Assembly (NCBI GenBank): GCA_965203295.1
Contig: CBDBCZ010000015.1
Coordinates: 928,001-992,000, forward strand
Reading direction: 5' to 3'
DNA length: 64,000 nucleotides
Source of the DNA: Nitrospirales bacterium
GTDB taxonomy: Bacteria; Nitrospirota; Nitrospiria; Nitrospirales; UBA8639
Part shown: piece after piece, positions 51,520-64,000 of the stretch
Position numbering within the stretch: the first letter of the stretch is position 1
How the letters are laid out: the number at the start of each line of letters is the position of its first letter
Position numbers and translations under genes: made by a program
Notes under the pieces: generated by a model
The model's input: the letters and a program-made list of their open reading frames with translations, nothing else
Database searches by the model: none
Told to the model about the DNA's origin: nothing

Positions 51520-52250
51520 GAGCATGCGTCCCTGTTCAACTGCATCACGCAGATTGTCTTATCTGAAGAGCAACCTCTCGGCGATTGAAACTGCGGTCCT
51601 TTGCGTTGACGCCAGAATCAGCAGAGCTCCACCTGCTTCACCAATATCAAGAGCAGTTATCCGACTTCAAACGGGAGCTTGGAGAAATTCGTCAAACTGC
51701 ATTCTCCCTTGGAGCAGAAGAAGTTGAAACCTCCGTGAACGCCATGGACAATTCGACTGCAGCCTGCAACTCAAGAAGTTACTGTTCACTCTCACACCTG
51801 GTGTCATCCCTAATCCGTCAACAGAATCTCCTGCTACAATAACGAGTGGAGTCAGATTGCCCAAGATTGACGTTCCCACCTTTGACGGTAACATCCTCAG
51901 CTGGCAGACATTCTGGGAACAATTTAGTATTGCCGTTCATGAACGTACGAGCCTTTCAGACACAGGGAAGCTGGTGTATCTCCGCCACGCACTCAAGGAT
52001 GGTACAGCAAAAAGGATTATTGAGGGCCTGTCCCGATCTGGAGACCAATTCACTGAAGCAGTCACATGTTTGGGGTCCCGCTACGATCGTCCCAGACTCA
52101 TCCACCAAACTCATGTCAAGAAGATTGTTGAAATTGCCCCCCCTGAGGGATGGCTCTGGAAGGGAGCTCCGCCATCTACATGATACGGCACAGCACCAGA
52201 ACACCATGTTTGAATGGCGAAGGTCCAGCCAAGAAACTGCAGTATCGCTG
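51520..52250 (+). mobile_element. BEL/Pao LTR retrotransposon gag remnant (DUF1759-like) inside a TRAPPC13 intron
   Basis: ORF 51857-52183 (LPKIDVPTFDGNILSWQTFWEQF...LSDTGKLVYLRHALKDG..AKRIIEGL...LGSRYDRPRLI) has the characteristic BEL/Pao gag signature. It is frameshifted at the C-run near 52137 and has no pol. Confidence 0.9.
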
Positions 52251-53320
52251 TGAGATTACGGCCTGTGAGTTGCAGGAGCATGTGCATGCATATACATATA
52301 CGTATATGTAGTTGCCTTTGGCTGCTGATTGTGAAAGCTGACCCTTCTTACCCTCTCCCCGTTCAAGGATGATCTACCTGGGAGAAAATTTCAGTGGCTT
52401 TGTTACCGTGCACAACGACAACCAGGAGGTGGTGAAGGAAACCATCTTTAAGGTAATTTGCAGCAGAGCCCAGGAGTGAGCATCTGTACAAAATGTCATG
52501 TAACAGACAGAACTATGTACGTATATGATCTCTGTCTGGTCTTGCAGTCACCAAGTAATTAAAGCTACATAGTGTCGTGTCGTATTGCCAGTTTTTTTTT
52601 CATGACCATAAAATATCGGTGTGGGAAGGCTTAGTTGCGACCCTAGCAATATTAGGACAAATTATGCATGTAATGCATAGGTATAGGAGATGGCTGACTC
52701 AGTCTGTACTGAAGTTTTGTGTCTGAAGGCCATACAGATCTGCTCCGTTTATATTCCTTATCAGGACAAGTCACAAATGTCTATCGCTAGTTGCTGCTAT
52801 AGTTACTGCTCACTGCAGCACTTATCTTGAACTTGGCAGTGTGTATAGTTCACATTGTACAGGTGGGTGGAACTATTGACTCCTTCCAGCTGGACCCGGG
52901 GGAAGGTGTTAAGAGCGAATCATAGCACATGAAGTAAAGGAACTGGGAGAGCACAGGTAAGAGATATACGTAGCCTTGATTCGAAGCTATAAGAGATACA
53001 CATAACTGTCTATGTAGGTAATGAGAGAGTGTATATGCATTGAAGGGAATGGGTGGGCGAGAACATCAACATAGAAGTATGTTATGTAGCTTCATATGTG
53101 ACTTACATTATCTGGACGTGGATCTATGTCACATTCACCTGTAAAGGATATCTCCACTGTCTTTCCAGTGCTAGGTACGGCCTTAAATGCTTTTTGTTTT
53201 TGAAGTCGCATGCACGCCTTCCAAAACCCTCATAGCGGTTTTTAAAGTACCAATCTCTTGATTTCCTCAACTTTATATACTACTACAGCCTCATCTGTAC
53301 TGCCACCTATACTGCCACCT

Positions 53321-53710
<390 letters not shown>

Positions 53711-53721
53711 ACTGCATACAG

Positions 53722-54581
53722 TTATGTGGCTGACAAAGCCGTCTCTAATGACGTCGGTTCCAGTGCTGGGAGAGCCATGGAGCATACTGGGTGAGTACAG
53801 TCAGTATATTTGATACTCATTGTATAATGAACCCATTCCAGTATTTCTGACGCAATGAATTTTGAGATGTCAGGTGCTGAAAACAGGCCAATTAAATTCA
53901 ATCCATTAAATTTTAACAGGCTAAGTGACTTAATTGCTGACGAAGTAAAAAGGCTGTGGTAGTTGATAGTTAACTGCTCTAGTAATTTCTACTATGACTG
54001 ACACTATCTGTATGGTAAAGTACAATTGTGATATGCAGCCATTTATGATTACTTATTGTATGTGGTTATACTGAAAGTCTACAGCTAGTTTGATTACGTA
54101 TTACTACAGCTTCTGAGTAAACTCAGTTCCTCCTGTTTCGGCATAGTCTCAGTGTGCTTCTTGTAGTGCATGTAAACATTTTGCTGTTTCTTAGCAATTA
54201 ATCTAGCAGCGTTCATCGCACGTTGATCAGCAATACACACTGTAGTACATGTACATGTAAGCTCAAGAAGGAGCTTGATAAATCCACCCTAATTACAAAC
54301 GATGACATTTTCGTTACTAGCCTCTCTTACTCGGCCAGTCATGTAGTTCTGAAGATAGGTTTCTAGCTTATTTTCCACATGTGCATACATCTGAGGCTCA
54401 TTATACCATATTACAATGCATGCATAAAATTTTACCTTTGTTTATTAACATTGCTGTGCATGTGCATGTTCTTACATATAGGTACAGCAGTGCAAGATGA
54501 AATGGAAGCTGACATAAGGACCCCTCGTTGTTTACCAGCCTTTGCATCTGGGGAACTGCTAGCACTACCACACAATTTCAA
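53722..54581 (+). pseudogene. TRAPPC13: TRAPPC13 fragment, copy E: exons 53722-53790 and 54482-54581
   Basis: The same two exons as copy A, with MRL changed to MWL (CGG>TGG). It shares copy A's junction after the second exon, then runs into satellite. Confidence 0.88.
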
Positions 54582-54660
54582 GTAAGATTAAACTGGGCTG
54601 GAGAAAATTAGTGTGTCTGGCTTCAGTGTCTGGCAGTTGGGTGTTGCTAACTTTTGGGTT

Positions 54661-57600
54661 GACTTTCAGCCAAAGTAACTAGCTACCTTTGATCTGACCC
54701 TTCCTAACTGTTTAGGAAAAGAACTGGTTATTCAAAGGCTTGTTTAGTTTGAATGATGTTAGTCTGAAGATTAGGAAAGAAGGATTATATTGAAAATTGT
54801 TAGTTTTGTTGGTCTCTAGCAAAGACTTTAAGCCAAAGTAACTAGCTACCACTTATCTGACCCTTCCCAACTGTTTAGAAAAAGAACTGGTTATTCAAAG
54901 GCCTGTTTAGTTTGAATGATGTTAGTCAGATACAATACACGCTTAGGAAGTATCGATGTTCAAGAAAGGAACTGGTTATTCAAAGGCTTGTTTAGTTTGG
55001 TTGATGTTAGTCTGAAGATTAGGAAAGAAGAATTTACTCAAAAATTGTTTTTTTTTTTTATCTCTGGCAAAGACTTTAAGCCAAAGTAACTAGCTACCAT
55101 TGATCTGACCCTTCCCAACTGTTTAGGAAACGAACTGGTTATTCAAAGGCTAGTTTAGTTTGAATGATGTTAGTCAAATACAATACATGCTTAGGAAGTA
55201 TCGATGTTCAAGAAAGGAACTGGTTATTCAAAGGCTTGTTTAGTTTGGTTGATGTTAGTCTGCAGATTAGGAAAGAAGGATTTTATTGAAAATTGTTAGT
55301 TTTGTTGGTCTCTAGCAAAGACTTTAAGCCAAAGTAACTAGCTGCCATTGATTAGGAAAGAAGGATTTTATTGAAAAGTGTTAGTTTTTTTGGTCTCTAG
55401 CAAAGACTTTAAGCCAAAGTAACTAGCTACCATTGATCTGACCCTTCCCAACTGTTTAGGAAAAGAACTGGTTATTTCAAAGGCTTGTTTTGTTTGAATG
55501 ATATTAGTCAGATATAATACATGCTTAGGAAGTATCAATGTTCAAGAAAAGTACTGGTTATTCAAAGGCTTGTTTAGTTTGGTTGATGTTAGTCTGAAGA
55601 TTAGGAAAGAAGGATTTTATTGAAAATTGTTAGTTTTGTTGGTCTCTAGCAAAGACTTTAAGCCAAAGTAACTAGCTACCATTTATCTGACCTTGCTTTG
55701 GAAGTATCAATGTTCAAGAAAGGAACTGGTTATTCAAAGGCTTGTTTAGTTTGGTTGATGTTAGTCTGCAGATTAGGAAAGAAGGATTTTATTGAAAATT
55801 GTTAGTTTTGTTGGTCTCTAGCAAAGACTTTAAGCCATAGTAATTAGCTACCATTGATTAGGAAAGAAGGATTTTATTGAAAATTGTTAGTTTTGTTGGT
55901 CTCTAGTAAAGACTTTAAGCCACAGTAACTAGCTACCATTGAACTGACCCTTCCCACTGTTTAGGAAAAGACTGGTTATTCAAAGGCTTGTTTAGTTTGA
56001 ATGATGTTAGTCAGAAAGAAGGATTTTATTGAAAATTGTTAGTTTTGTTGGTCATATACAATACATGCTTAGGAAGTATCAATGTTCAAGAAAGGAACTG
56101 GTTATTCAAAGGCCGGTTTAGTTTGGTTTATGTTAGTCTGAAGATTAGGAAAGAAGAATTTTACTCAAAAATTGTTATTTTTTTCGTCTCTGGCAAAGAC
56201 TTTAAGCCAAAGTAACTAGCTACCATTGATCTGACCCTTCCCAACTGTTTATGAAACGAACTGGTTATTCAAAGGCTAGTTTAGTTTGAATATATTAGTC
56301 AAATACAATACATCCTTAGGAAGTATCGATTTTCAAGAAAGGAACTGGTTATTCAAAGGCTTGTTTAGTTTGGTTGATGTTAGTCTGCAGATTAGAAAAG
56401 AAGGATTTTATTTAAAATTGTTAGTTTTGTTGGTCTCTAGCAAAGACTTTAAGCCAAAGTAACTAGCTACCATTGATTAGGAAAGAAGGATTTTATTGAA
56501 ATTTGTTAGTTTTGTTGGTCTCTAGCAAAGACTTTAAGCCAAAGTAACTAGCTACCATTGAACTGACCCTTCCCAACTAACTGTTTAGAAAAAGTGCTGG
56601 TTATTCAAAGGCTAGTTTGATTTGAATGATGTTAGTCAAATACAATAATCCTTAGGAAGTATCGATGTTCAAGAAAGGAACTGGTTATTCAAAAGCTTGT
56701 TTAGTTTGGTTGATGTTAGTCTGAAGATTAGGAAAGAAGGATTTTATTCAAAAATTGTTAATTTTGTTGGTCTCTGGCAAAGACTTTAAGCCAAGGTAAC
56801 TAGCTACCATTTATCTGACCCTTCCCAACAGTCTTGGAAAGTAACTGGTTTAAGATTCAATCATTTGTTTAGTTTAAATGATGTTTGTCAGATACAATAC
56901 ATACATGCTTTTAAAGTAAGGGTTTTCACTAATAATTGGTACAATTTTAGCTTTATTGGTCTCAGGAAACTTTCAGTCAAAACAACTAGCTACCATTGAT
57001 CTGACCCTTCCTAACTGTCTACGTAGAGAACTGGTTTAAGATTCAATAGCTTGTTTAGTTTGATTGATGTTAGTCAGATACAATACCTACTTAGGAAGTA
57101 AGGGTTTTGACAGAAAATTATCAGTTTTATTGGTCTCAGGCAAAGACTTTCAGCCAAACTAAGTAGCTCCCATTGATCTGACCCTTCCCAAGTGTCTAGG
57201 AAAGAAATTGGTGTAAGATTTAATAGGTTGTTTAGTTTGAATGGTGTTAGTCGGATACAATACATGTTTAGGAAGTATCGATGTTCAAGAAAGGAACTGG
57301 TTATTCAAAGGCTTGTTTAGTTTAGTTGATGTTAGTCTGAAGATTAGATAAGGAGGATTTTATTGAAAATTGTTAGTTTTGTTGGTCTCAGGTAAAGACT
57401 TTCAGCCAAAGTATCTATCTACCATTGATCTGACCCCTACCAACTGTCTTGGAAAGGAACTGGTTTATGATTCAATCATTTGTTTAGTTTAAATGATGTT
57501 TGTCAGATAAGTTACATACATGCTTAGAAGGTAAGGGTTTTCACTAATAATTGGTACAATTTTAGCTTTATTGGTCACAGGAAACTTTCAGTCAAAACAA

Positions 57601-60600
57601 CTAGCTACCATTGATCTGACCCTTCCCAACTGTCTAGGAAAGAAATTGGTTTAAGATTTAATAGCTTGTTTAGTTTGAATGATGTTAGTTGGATACAATA
57701 CATGCTTAGGAAGTATCGATGTTCAAAACCGGAACTGGTTATTCAAAGGCTTGTTTAGTTTGGTTGATGTTAGTCTGAAGATTAGGTAAGAAGGATTTCA
57801 TTTAAAATTGTTAGATTTGTTGGTCTCTGGCAAAGACTTTAAGCCAAAGTCACTAGCTACCATTGATCTGACCCTTCCCAACTGTTTAGAAAAAGAACTG
57901 GTTATTCAAAGGCTTGTTTAGTTTGAATGATGTTAGTCAGACACAATACACGCTTAGGAAGTATCTATGTTCAAGAAAGGAACTTGTTATTCAAGGGCTT
58001 GTTTGGTTTCGATGATGTTAGTCTGAAGATTAGGAAAGAAGGATTTTAATAAAAATTATTAGTTTTGTGGGTCTCTAGCAAAGACTTAAACCAAAGTAAC
58101 AAGCTACCATTGATCGGACCCTTCCCAACTGTTTAGGAAAAGAACTGGTTATTTCAAAGGCTTGTTTTGTTTGAATGATATTAGTCAGATATAATACATG
58201 CTTAGGAAGTATCAATGTTCAAGAAAAGTACTGGTTATTCAAAGGCTTGTTTAGTTTGGTTGATGTTAGTCTGAAGATTAGGAAAGAAGGATTTTATTGA
58301 AAATTGTTAGTTTTGTTGGTCTCTAGCAAAGACTTTAAGCCAAAGTAACTAGCTACCATTTATCTGACCTTGCTTTGGAAGTATCAATGTTCAAGAAAGG
58401 AACTGGTTATTCAAAGGCTTGTTTAGTTTGGTTGATGTTAGTCTGCAGATTAGGAAAGAAGGATTTTATTGAAAATTGTTAGTTTTGTTGGTCTCTAGCA
58501 AAGACTTTAAGCCATAGTAATTAGCTACCATTGATTAGGAAAGAAGGATTTTATTGAAAATTGTTAGTTTTGTTGGTCTCTAGTAAAGACTTTAAGCCAC
58601 AGTAACTAGCTACCATTGAACTGACCCTTCCCACTGTTTAGGAAAAGACTGGTTATTCAAAGGCTTGTTTAGTTTGAATGATGTTAGTCAGAAAGAAGGA
58701 TTTTATTGAAAATTGTTAGTTTTGTTGGTCATATACAATACATGCTTAGGAAGTATCAATGTTCAAGAAAGGAACTGGTTATTCAAAGGCCGGTTAAGTT
58801 TGGTTTATGTTAGTCTGAAGATTAGGAAAGAAGAATTTTACTCAAAAATTGTTATTTTTTTCGTCTCTGGCAAAGACTTTAAGCCAAAGTAACTAGCTAC
58901 CATTGATCTGACCCTTCCCAACTGTTTATGAAACGAACTGGTTATTCAAAGGCTAGTTTAGTTTGAATATATTAGTCAAATACAATACATCCTTAGGAAG
59001 TATCGATTTTCAAGAAAGGAACTGGTTATTCAAAGGCTTGTTTAGTTTGGTTGATGTTAGTCTGCAGATTAGAAAAGAAGGATTTTATTTAAAATTGTTA
59101 GTTTTGTTGGTCTCTAGCAAAGACTTTAAGCCAAAGTAACTAGCTACCATTGATTAGGAAAGAAGGATTTGATTGAAATTTGTTAGTTTTGTTGGTCTCT
59201 AGCAAAGACTTTAAGCCAAAGTAACTAGCTACCATTGAACTGACCCTTCCCAACTAACTGTTTAGAAAAAGTGCTGGTTATTCAAAGGCTAGTTTGATTT
59301 GAATGATGTTAGTCAAATACAATAATCCTTAGGAAGTATCGATGTTCAAGAAAGGAACTGGTTATTCAAAAGCTTGTTTAGTTTGGTTGATGTTAGTCTG
59401 AAGATTAGGAAAGAAGGATTTTATTCAAAAATTGTTAATTTTGTTGGTCTCTGGCAAAGACTTTAAGCCAAGGTAACTAGCTACCATTTATCTGACCCTT
59501 CCCAACAGTCTTGGAAAGTAACTGGTTTAAGATTCAATCATTTGTTTAGTTTAAATGATGTTTGTCAGATACAATACATACATGCTTTTAAAGTAAGGGT
59601 TTTCACTAATAATTGGTACAATTTTAGCTTTATTGGTCTCAGGAAACTTTCAGTCAAAACAACTAGCTACCATTGATCTGACCCTTCCTAACTGTCTACG
59701 TAGAGAACTGGTTTAAGATTCAATAGCTTGTTTAGTTTGATTGATGTTAGTCAGATACAATACCTACTTAGGAAGTAAGGGTTTTGACAGAAAATTATCA
59801 GTTTTATTGGTCTCAGGCAAAGACTTTCAGCCAAACTAAGTAGCTACCATTGATCTGACCCTTCCCAAGTGTCTAGGAAAGAAATTGGTGTAAGATTTAA
59901 TAGGTTGTTTAGTTTGAATGGTGTTAGTCGGATACAATACATGTTTAGGAAGTATCGATGTTCAAGAAAGGAACTGGTTATTCAAAGGCTTGTTTAGTTT
60001 AGTTGATGTTAGTCTGAAGATTAGGAAAGGAGGATTTTATTGAAAATTGTTAGTTTTTTTGGCCTCTAGCAAAGACTTTAAGCCAAAGTAACTAGCTACC
60101 ATTTAACAGACCCTTCCGAACTGTTTAGAAAAAGAACTGGTTATTCAAAGGCCTGTTTAGTTTTGTTGATGTTAGCCTGAAGATTAGGAAAGAAGGATTT
60201 TATTGAAAATTGTTAGTTTTGTTGGTCTCTAGCAAAGACTTTAAGCCAAAGTCACTAGCTACCATTGATCTGACCCTTCCCAACTGTTTAGGAAAAGAAC
60301 TGGTTATTCAAAGGCTTGATTATTTTGGTTGATGTTAGTCTGAAGATTAGGAAAGAAGGATTTTATTGAAAATTGTTAGTTTTGTTGGTCTCTAGCAATG
60401 ACTTTAAGCTGAAGTAACTAGCTACCATTGATCTGACCCTTCCCAACTGTTTAGAAAAAGAACTGGTTATTCAAAGGCTTGTTTAGTTTGAATGATGTTA
60501 GTCAAATACAATACATGCCTAGGAAGTATCGATGTTCAAGAAAGGAACTGGTTATTCAAAGGCTTGTTTAGTTTGGTTGTTGTTAGTCTTAAAAATTTGG

Positions 60601-63600
60601 AAAGAAGGATTTTATTGAAAATCGCTAGTTTTGTTGGTCTCAGGCAAAGACTTTCAGCCAAAGTAACTGGCTACCATTGATCTGACCCTTCCTAACTGTT
60701 TAGGAAAAGAACCTGTTATTCAAAGGCTTGTTTAGTTTTGTTGATGTTAGTCAAATACAATACATGCCTAGGAAGTATCGATGTTCAAGAAAGGAACTTG
60801 TTATTCAAAGGCTTGTTTAGTTTGGTTGATGTTAGTCTGAAGATTATGAAAGAAGGATTTATTGAAAATAGTTAGTTTTGTTGGTCTCAGGCAAAGACTT
60901 TAAGCCAAAGTAACTAGCTACCATTGATCTGATTCTTCCCAACTGTTTAAGAAACGAATTGGTTATTCAAAGGCTAGTTTAGTTTGAATTATGTTAGTCA
61001 AATGCAATACATCCTTAGGAAATATCGATGTTCAAGAAAGGAACTGGTTATTCAAAGGCTTGTTTAGTTTGGTTGATATTAGTCTGCAGATTGGGAAAGA
61101 AGTATTTTATTGAAAATTGTTAGTTTTGATGGTCTCTAGCGAAGACTTTAAGCCAAAGTAACTAGCTACCATTGATTAGGAAAGAAGGATTTTATTGAAA
61201 ATTGTTAGTTTTGTTGGTCTCTAGCAAAGACTTTAAGCCAAAGTAACTAGCTACCATTGATCTGACCCTTCCCAACTGTTTAGGAAAAGAACTTGTTATT
61301 CAAAGGCTTGTTTAGTTAGAATGATGTTAGAGAAATACAATACATCCTTAGGAAGTTTCGATGTTCAAGAAAGGAACTGGTTATTCAAAGGCTTGTTTAG
61401 TTTAGTTGATGTTAGTCTGAAGATTAGGAAAGGAGGATTTTATTGAAAATTGTTAGTTTGTTGGTCTCAGGTAAAGACTTTCAGCCAAAGTATCTAGCTA
61501 CCATTGATCTGACCCCTCCCAACTGTCTTGGAAAGGAACTGGTTTATGATTCAATCTTTTTGTTTAGTTTAAATGATGTTTGTCAGATACAATACATACA
61601 TGCTTAGAAAGTAAGGGTTTTCACTAATAATTGGTACAATTTTAGCTTTATTAGTCTCAGGAAACTTTCAGTCAAAACAACTAGCTACCATTGGTCTGAC
61701 CCTTCCCAACTGTCTAGGAAAGTAATTGGTTTAAGATTTAATAGCTTGTTTAGTTTGAATGAAGTTAGTCGGATACAATACATGCTTAGGAAGTATCGAT
61801 GTTCAAGACCGGAACTGCATGGTTATTCAAAGGCTTGTTTAGTTTGGTTGATGTTAGTCTGAAGATTAGGAAAGAAGGATTTCATTGAAAATTGTTAGAT
61901 TTGTTTGTCTCTGGCGAAGACTTTAAGGCAAAGTCAGTAGCTACCATTGATCTGACCCTTCCCAACTGTTTAGAAAAAGAACTGGTTATTCAAAGGCTTG
62001 TTTAGTTTGAATGATGTTAGTCAGATACAATACATGCTTAGGAAGTATCGATGTACAAGAAAGGAACTTGTTATTCAAGGGCTTGTTTAGTTTCGTTGAT
62101 GTTAGTCTGAAGATTAGGAAAGAAGGATTTTAATGAAAATTATTTGTTTTGTTGGTCTCTAGCAAACACTTTAAGCCAAAGTTACTAGCTACTTTTGATC
62201 TGACCCTTCCCAACTGTTTAAAAAAGAGCTGGTTATTCAAAAGCTTGTTTAGTTTTAATGATGTTAGTCTGAAGTTTAGGAAAGAAGGATTTTATTTAAA
62301 ATTGTTAGTTTTGTTGGTCTCTAGCAAAGACTTTCAGCCAAAGTAACTAGCTACCATTGATCTGACCCTTCCCAACTGTTTTGGAAAGAACTGGTTATTC
62401 AAAGGCTTGTTTAGTTTGAATAATGTTAGTCTGATGATTAGGAAAGAAGGATTTTATTGAAAATTGTTAGTTTTGTTGGTCTCTAGTAAAGACTTTAAGC
62501 CAAAGTCACTAGCTACCATTGATCTGACCCTTCCCAACTGTTTAGAAAAATAGCTGGTTATTCAAAGGCTTGTTTTGTTTGAATGATATTAGTTAGATAC
62601 AATACATGCTTAGGAAATATCAATGTTCAAGTAAGGAACTGGTTATTCAAAGGCTTGTTTAGTTTGCTTGATGTTAGTCTGCAGATTAGGAAAGAAGTAT
62701 TTTATAGAAAATCGTTAGTTTTGTTGGTCTCTAGCAAAGACATTGAGCCAAAGTAACTAGCTACAATTGATCTGACCCTTCCCTACTGTTTAGGAGAAGA
62801 ACTGGATATTCAAAGTCTTGATTAGTTTTAATGATGTTAGTCGGATACAATACATGTTTAGGAAGTGTCGATGTTCAAGAAAGGAACTGGTTATTCAAAG
62901 GCTTGTTTTGTTTGCTTGATGTTAGTCTGCAGATTAGGAAAGAAGTATTTTATAGAAAATCGTTAGTTTTGTTGGTCTCTAGCAAAGACATTGAGCCAAA
63001 GTAACTAGCTACAATTGATCTGACCCTTCCCTACTGTTTAGGAGAAGAACTGGATATTCAAAGTCTTGATTAGTTTTAATGATGTTAGTCGGATACAATA
63101 CATGTTTAGGAAGTGTCGATGTTCAAGAAAGGAACTGGTTATTCAAAGGCTTGTTTAGTTTGGTTGATGTTAGTCTGAAGATTAGGAAAGAAGTATTTTA
63201 TTGAAAATTGTTAGTTTTGGTCTCTAGCAAAGACTTTAAGCCAAAGTAACTAGCAACCATTTATCTGACCCTTCCCAACTGTTTAGAAAAAGAACTGGTT
63301 ATTCAAAGGCTTGTTTAGTTTGAATGATGTTAGTCTGAAGATTAGTAAAGAACGATTTTATAGAAAATTGTTAGTTTTGTTGGTCTCTAGCAAAGACTTT
63401 AAGCCAAAGTTACTAGCTACCATTGATCTGACCCTTCCGAACTATTTAGAAAATAAACTGGTTAGTCAAAGGCTTGTTTTGTTTGAATGATATTAGTCAG
63501 ATACAATACATGCTTAGGAAGTATCAATGTTGAAGAAAGGAACTGGTTATTCAAAGGCTTGTTTAGTTTGGTTGATGTTAGTCTGAAGATTAAGAAAGAA

Positions 63601-64000
63601 GGATTTTAATGAAAATTATTAGTTTTGTTGGTCTCTAGCAAAGACTTTAAGCCAAAGTTACTAGCTACCTTTGATCTGACCCTTCCCAACTGTTTAGAAA
63701 AAGAGCTGGTTATTCAAAAGCTTGTTTAGTTTGAATGATGTTAGTCTGAAGATTAGGAAAGAAGGATTTTATTGAAAATTGTTAGTTTTGTTGGTCTCTA
63801 GCAAAGACTTTAAGCCAAAGTAACTAGCTACCATTGATCTGACCCTTCCCAACTGTATAGGAAAAGAACTTGTTATTCAAAGGCTTGTTTAGTTTGAATG
63901 ATTTTAGTCTGAAGATTAAGAAAGAAGGATTTTATTGAAAATTGTTAGTTTTGTTGGTCTCTAGCAAAGACTTTAAGCCAAAGTAACTAGCTACCATTTA
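54661..64000 (+). repeat. Modular satellite array 2 (same family and orientation as array 1; runs off the window)
   Basis: The same 248-, 163- and 85-bp units and divergent monomers are present. It starts at GACTTTCAGCCAAAG (54661). Confidence 0.99.

Larger units (their letters stand above)
49831..53320 (+). pseudogene. TRAPPC13: TRAPPC13 fragment, copy D: exons 49831-49899, 50635-50734, 52368-52452, 52863-52956 (frameshifted), 53289-~53320 (truncated)
   Basis: MRLTKPSLMTSVPVLGEPWSML / GTAVQDEM...LALPHNFK / MIYLGENFSGFVTVHNDNQEVVKETIFK join in phase. The next exon is 94 nt with a GTGG duplication and an in-frame TAG. The last exon breaks off into SINE sequence. Confidence 0.93.

Overview
Eukaryotic, animal-type heterochromatic DNA with no intact protein-coding gene. 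Short GT-AG introns and the repeat content suggest an invertebrate such as a sponge (inference). About two thirds of the window is one AT-rich modular satellite in two same-orientation arrays (3922-37704 and 54661-64000+). Its units are 248, 163 or 85 bp, built from shared modules, with rarer divergent 177-186 bp monomers and higher-order duplications. The rest is a mosaic of five partial, rearranged copies of an intron-containing TRAPPC13 gene (pseudogenised by frameshift and deletion), a tRNA-derived SINE in a (CA)n tract, BEL/Pao gag, non-LTR RT and Penelope remnants (with a decayed hammerhead-like motif), and a Helentron/DINE-like element. The most distinctive observation is a cluster of ultrashort palindromic elements (21-98 bp) that share TAGYCTCG...CGAGRCTA ends and have 9-bp flanking duplications. 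Position 1 onward recurs at 53373 onward, suggesting a ~53-kb pseudogene-plus-satellite macro-unit. Most ORFs in the supplied track are spurious.
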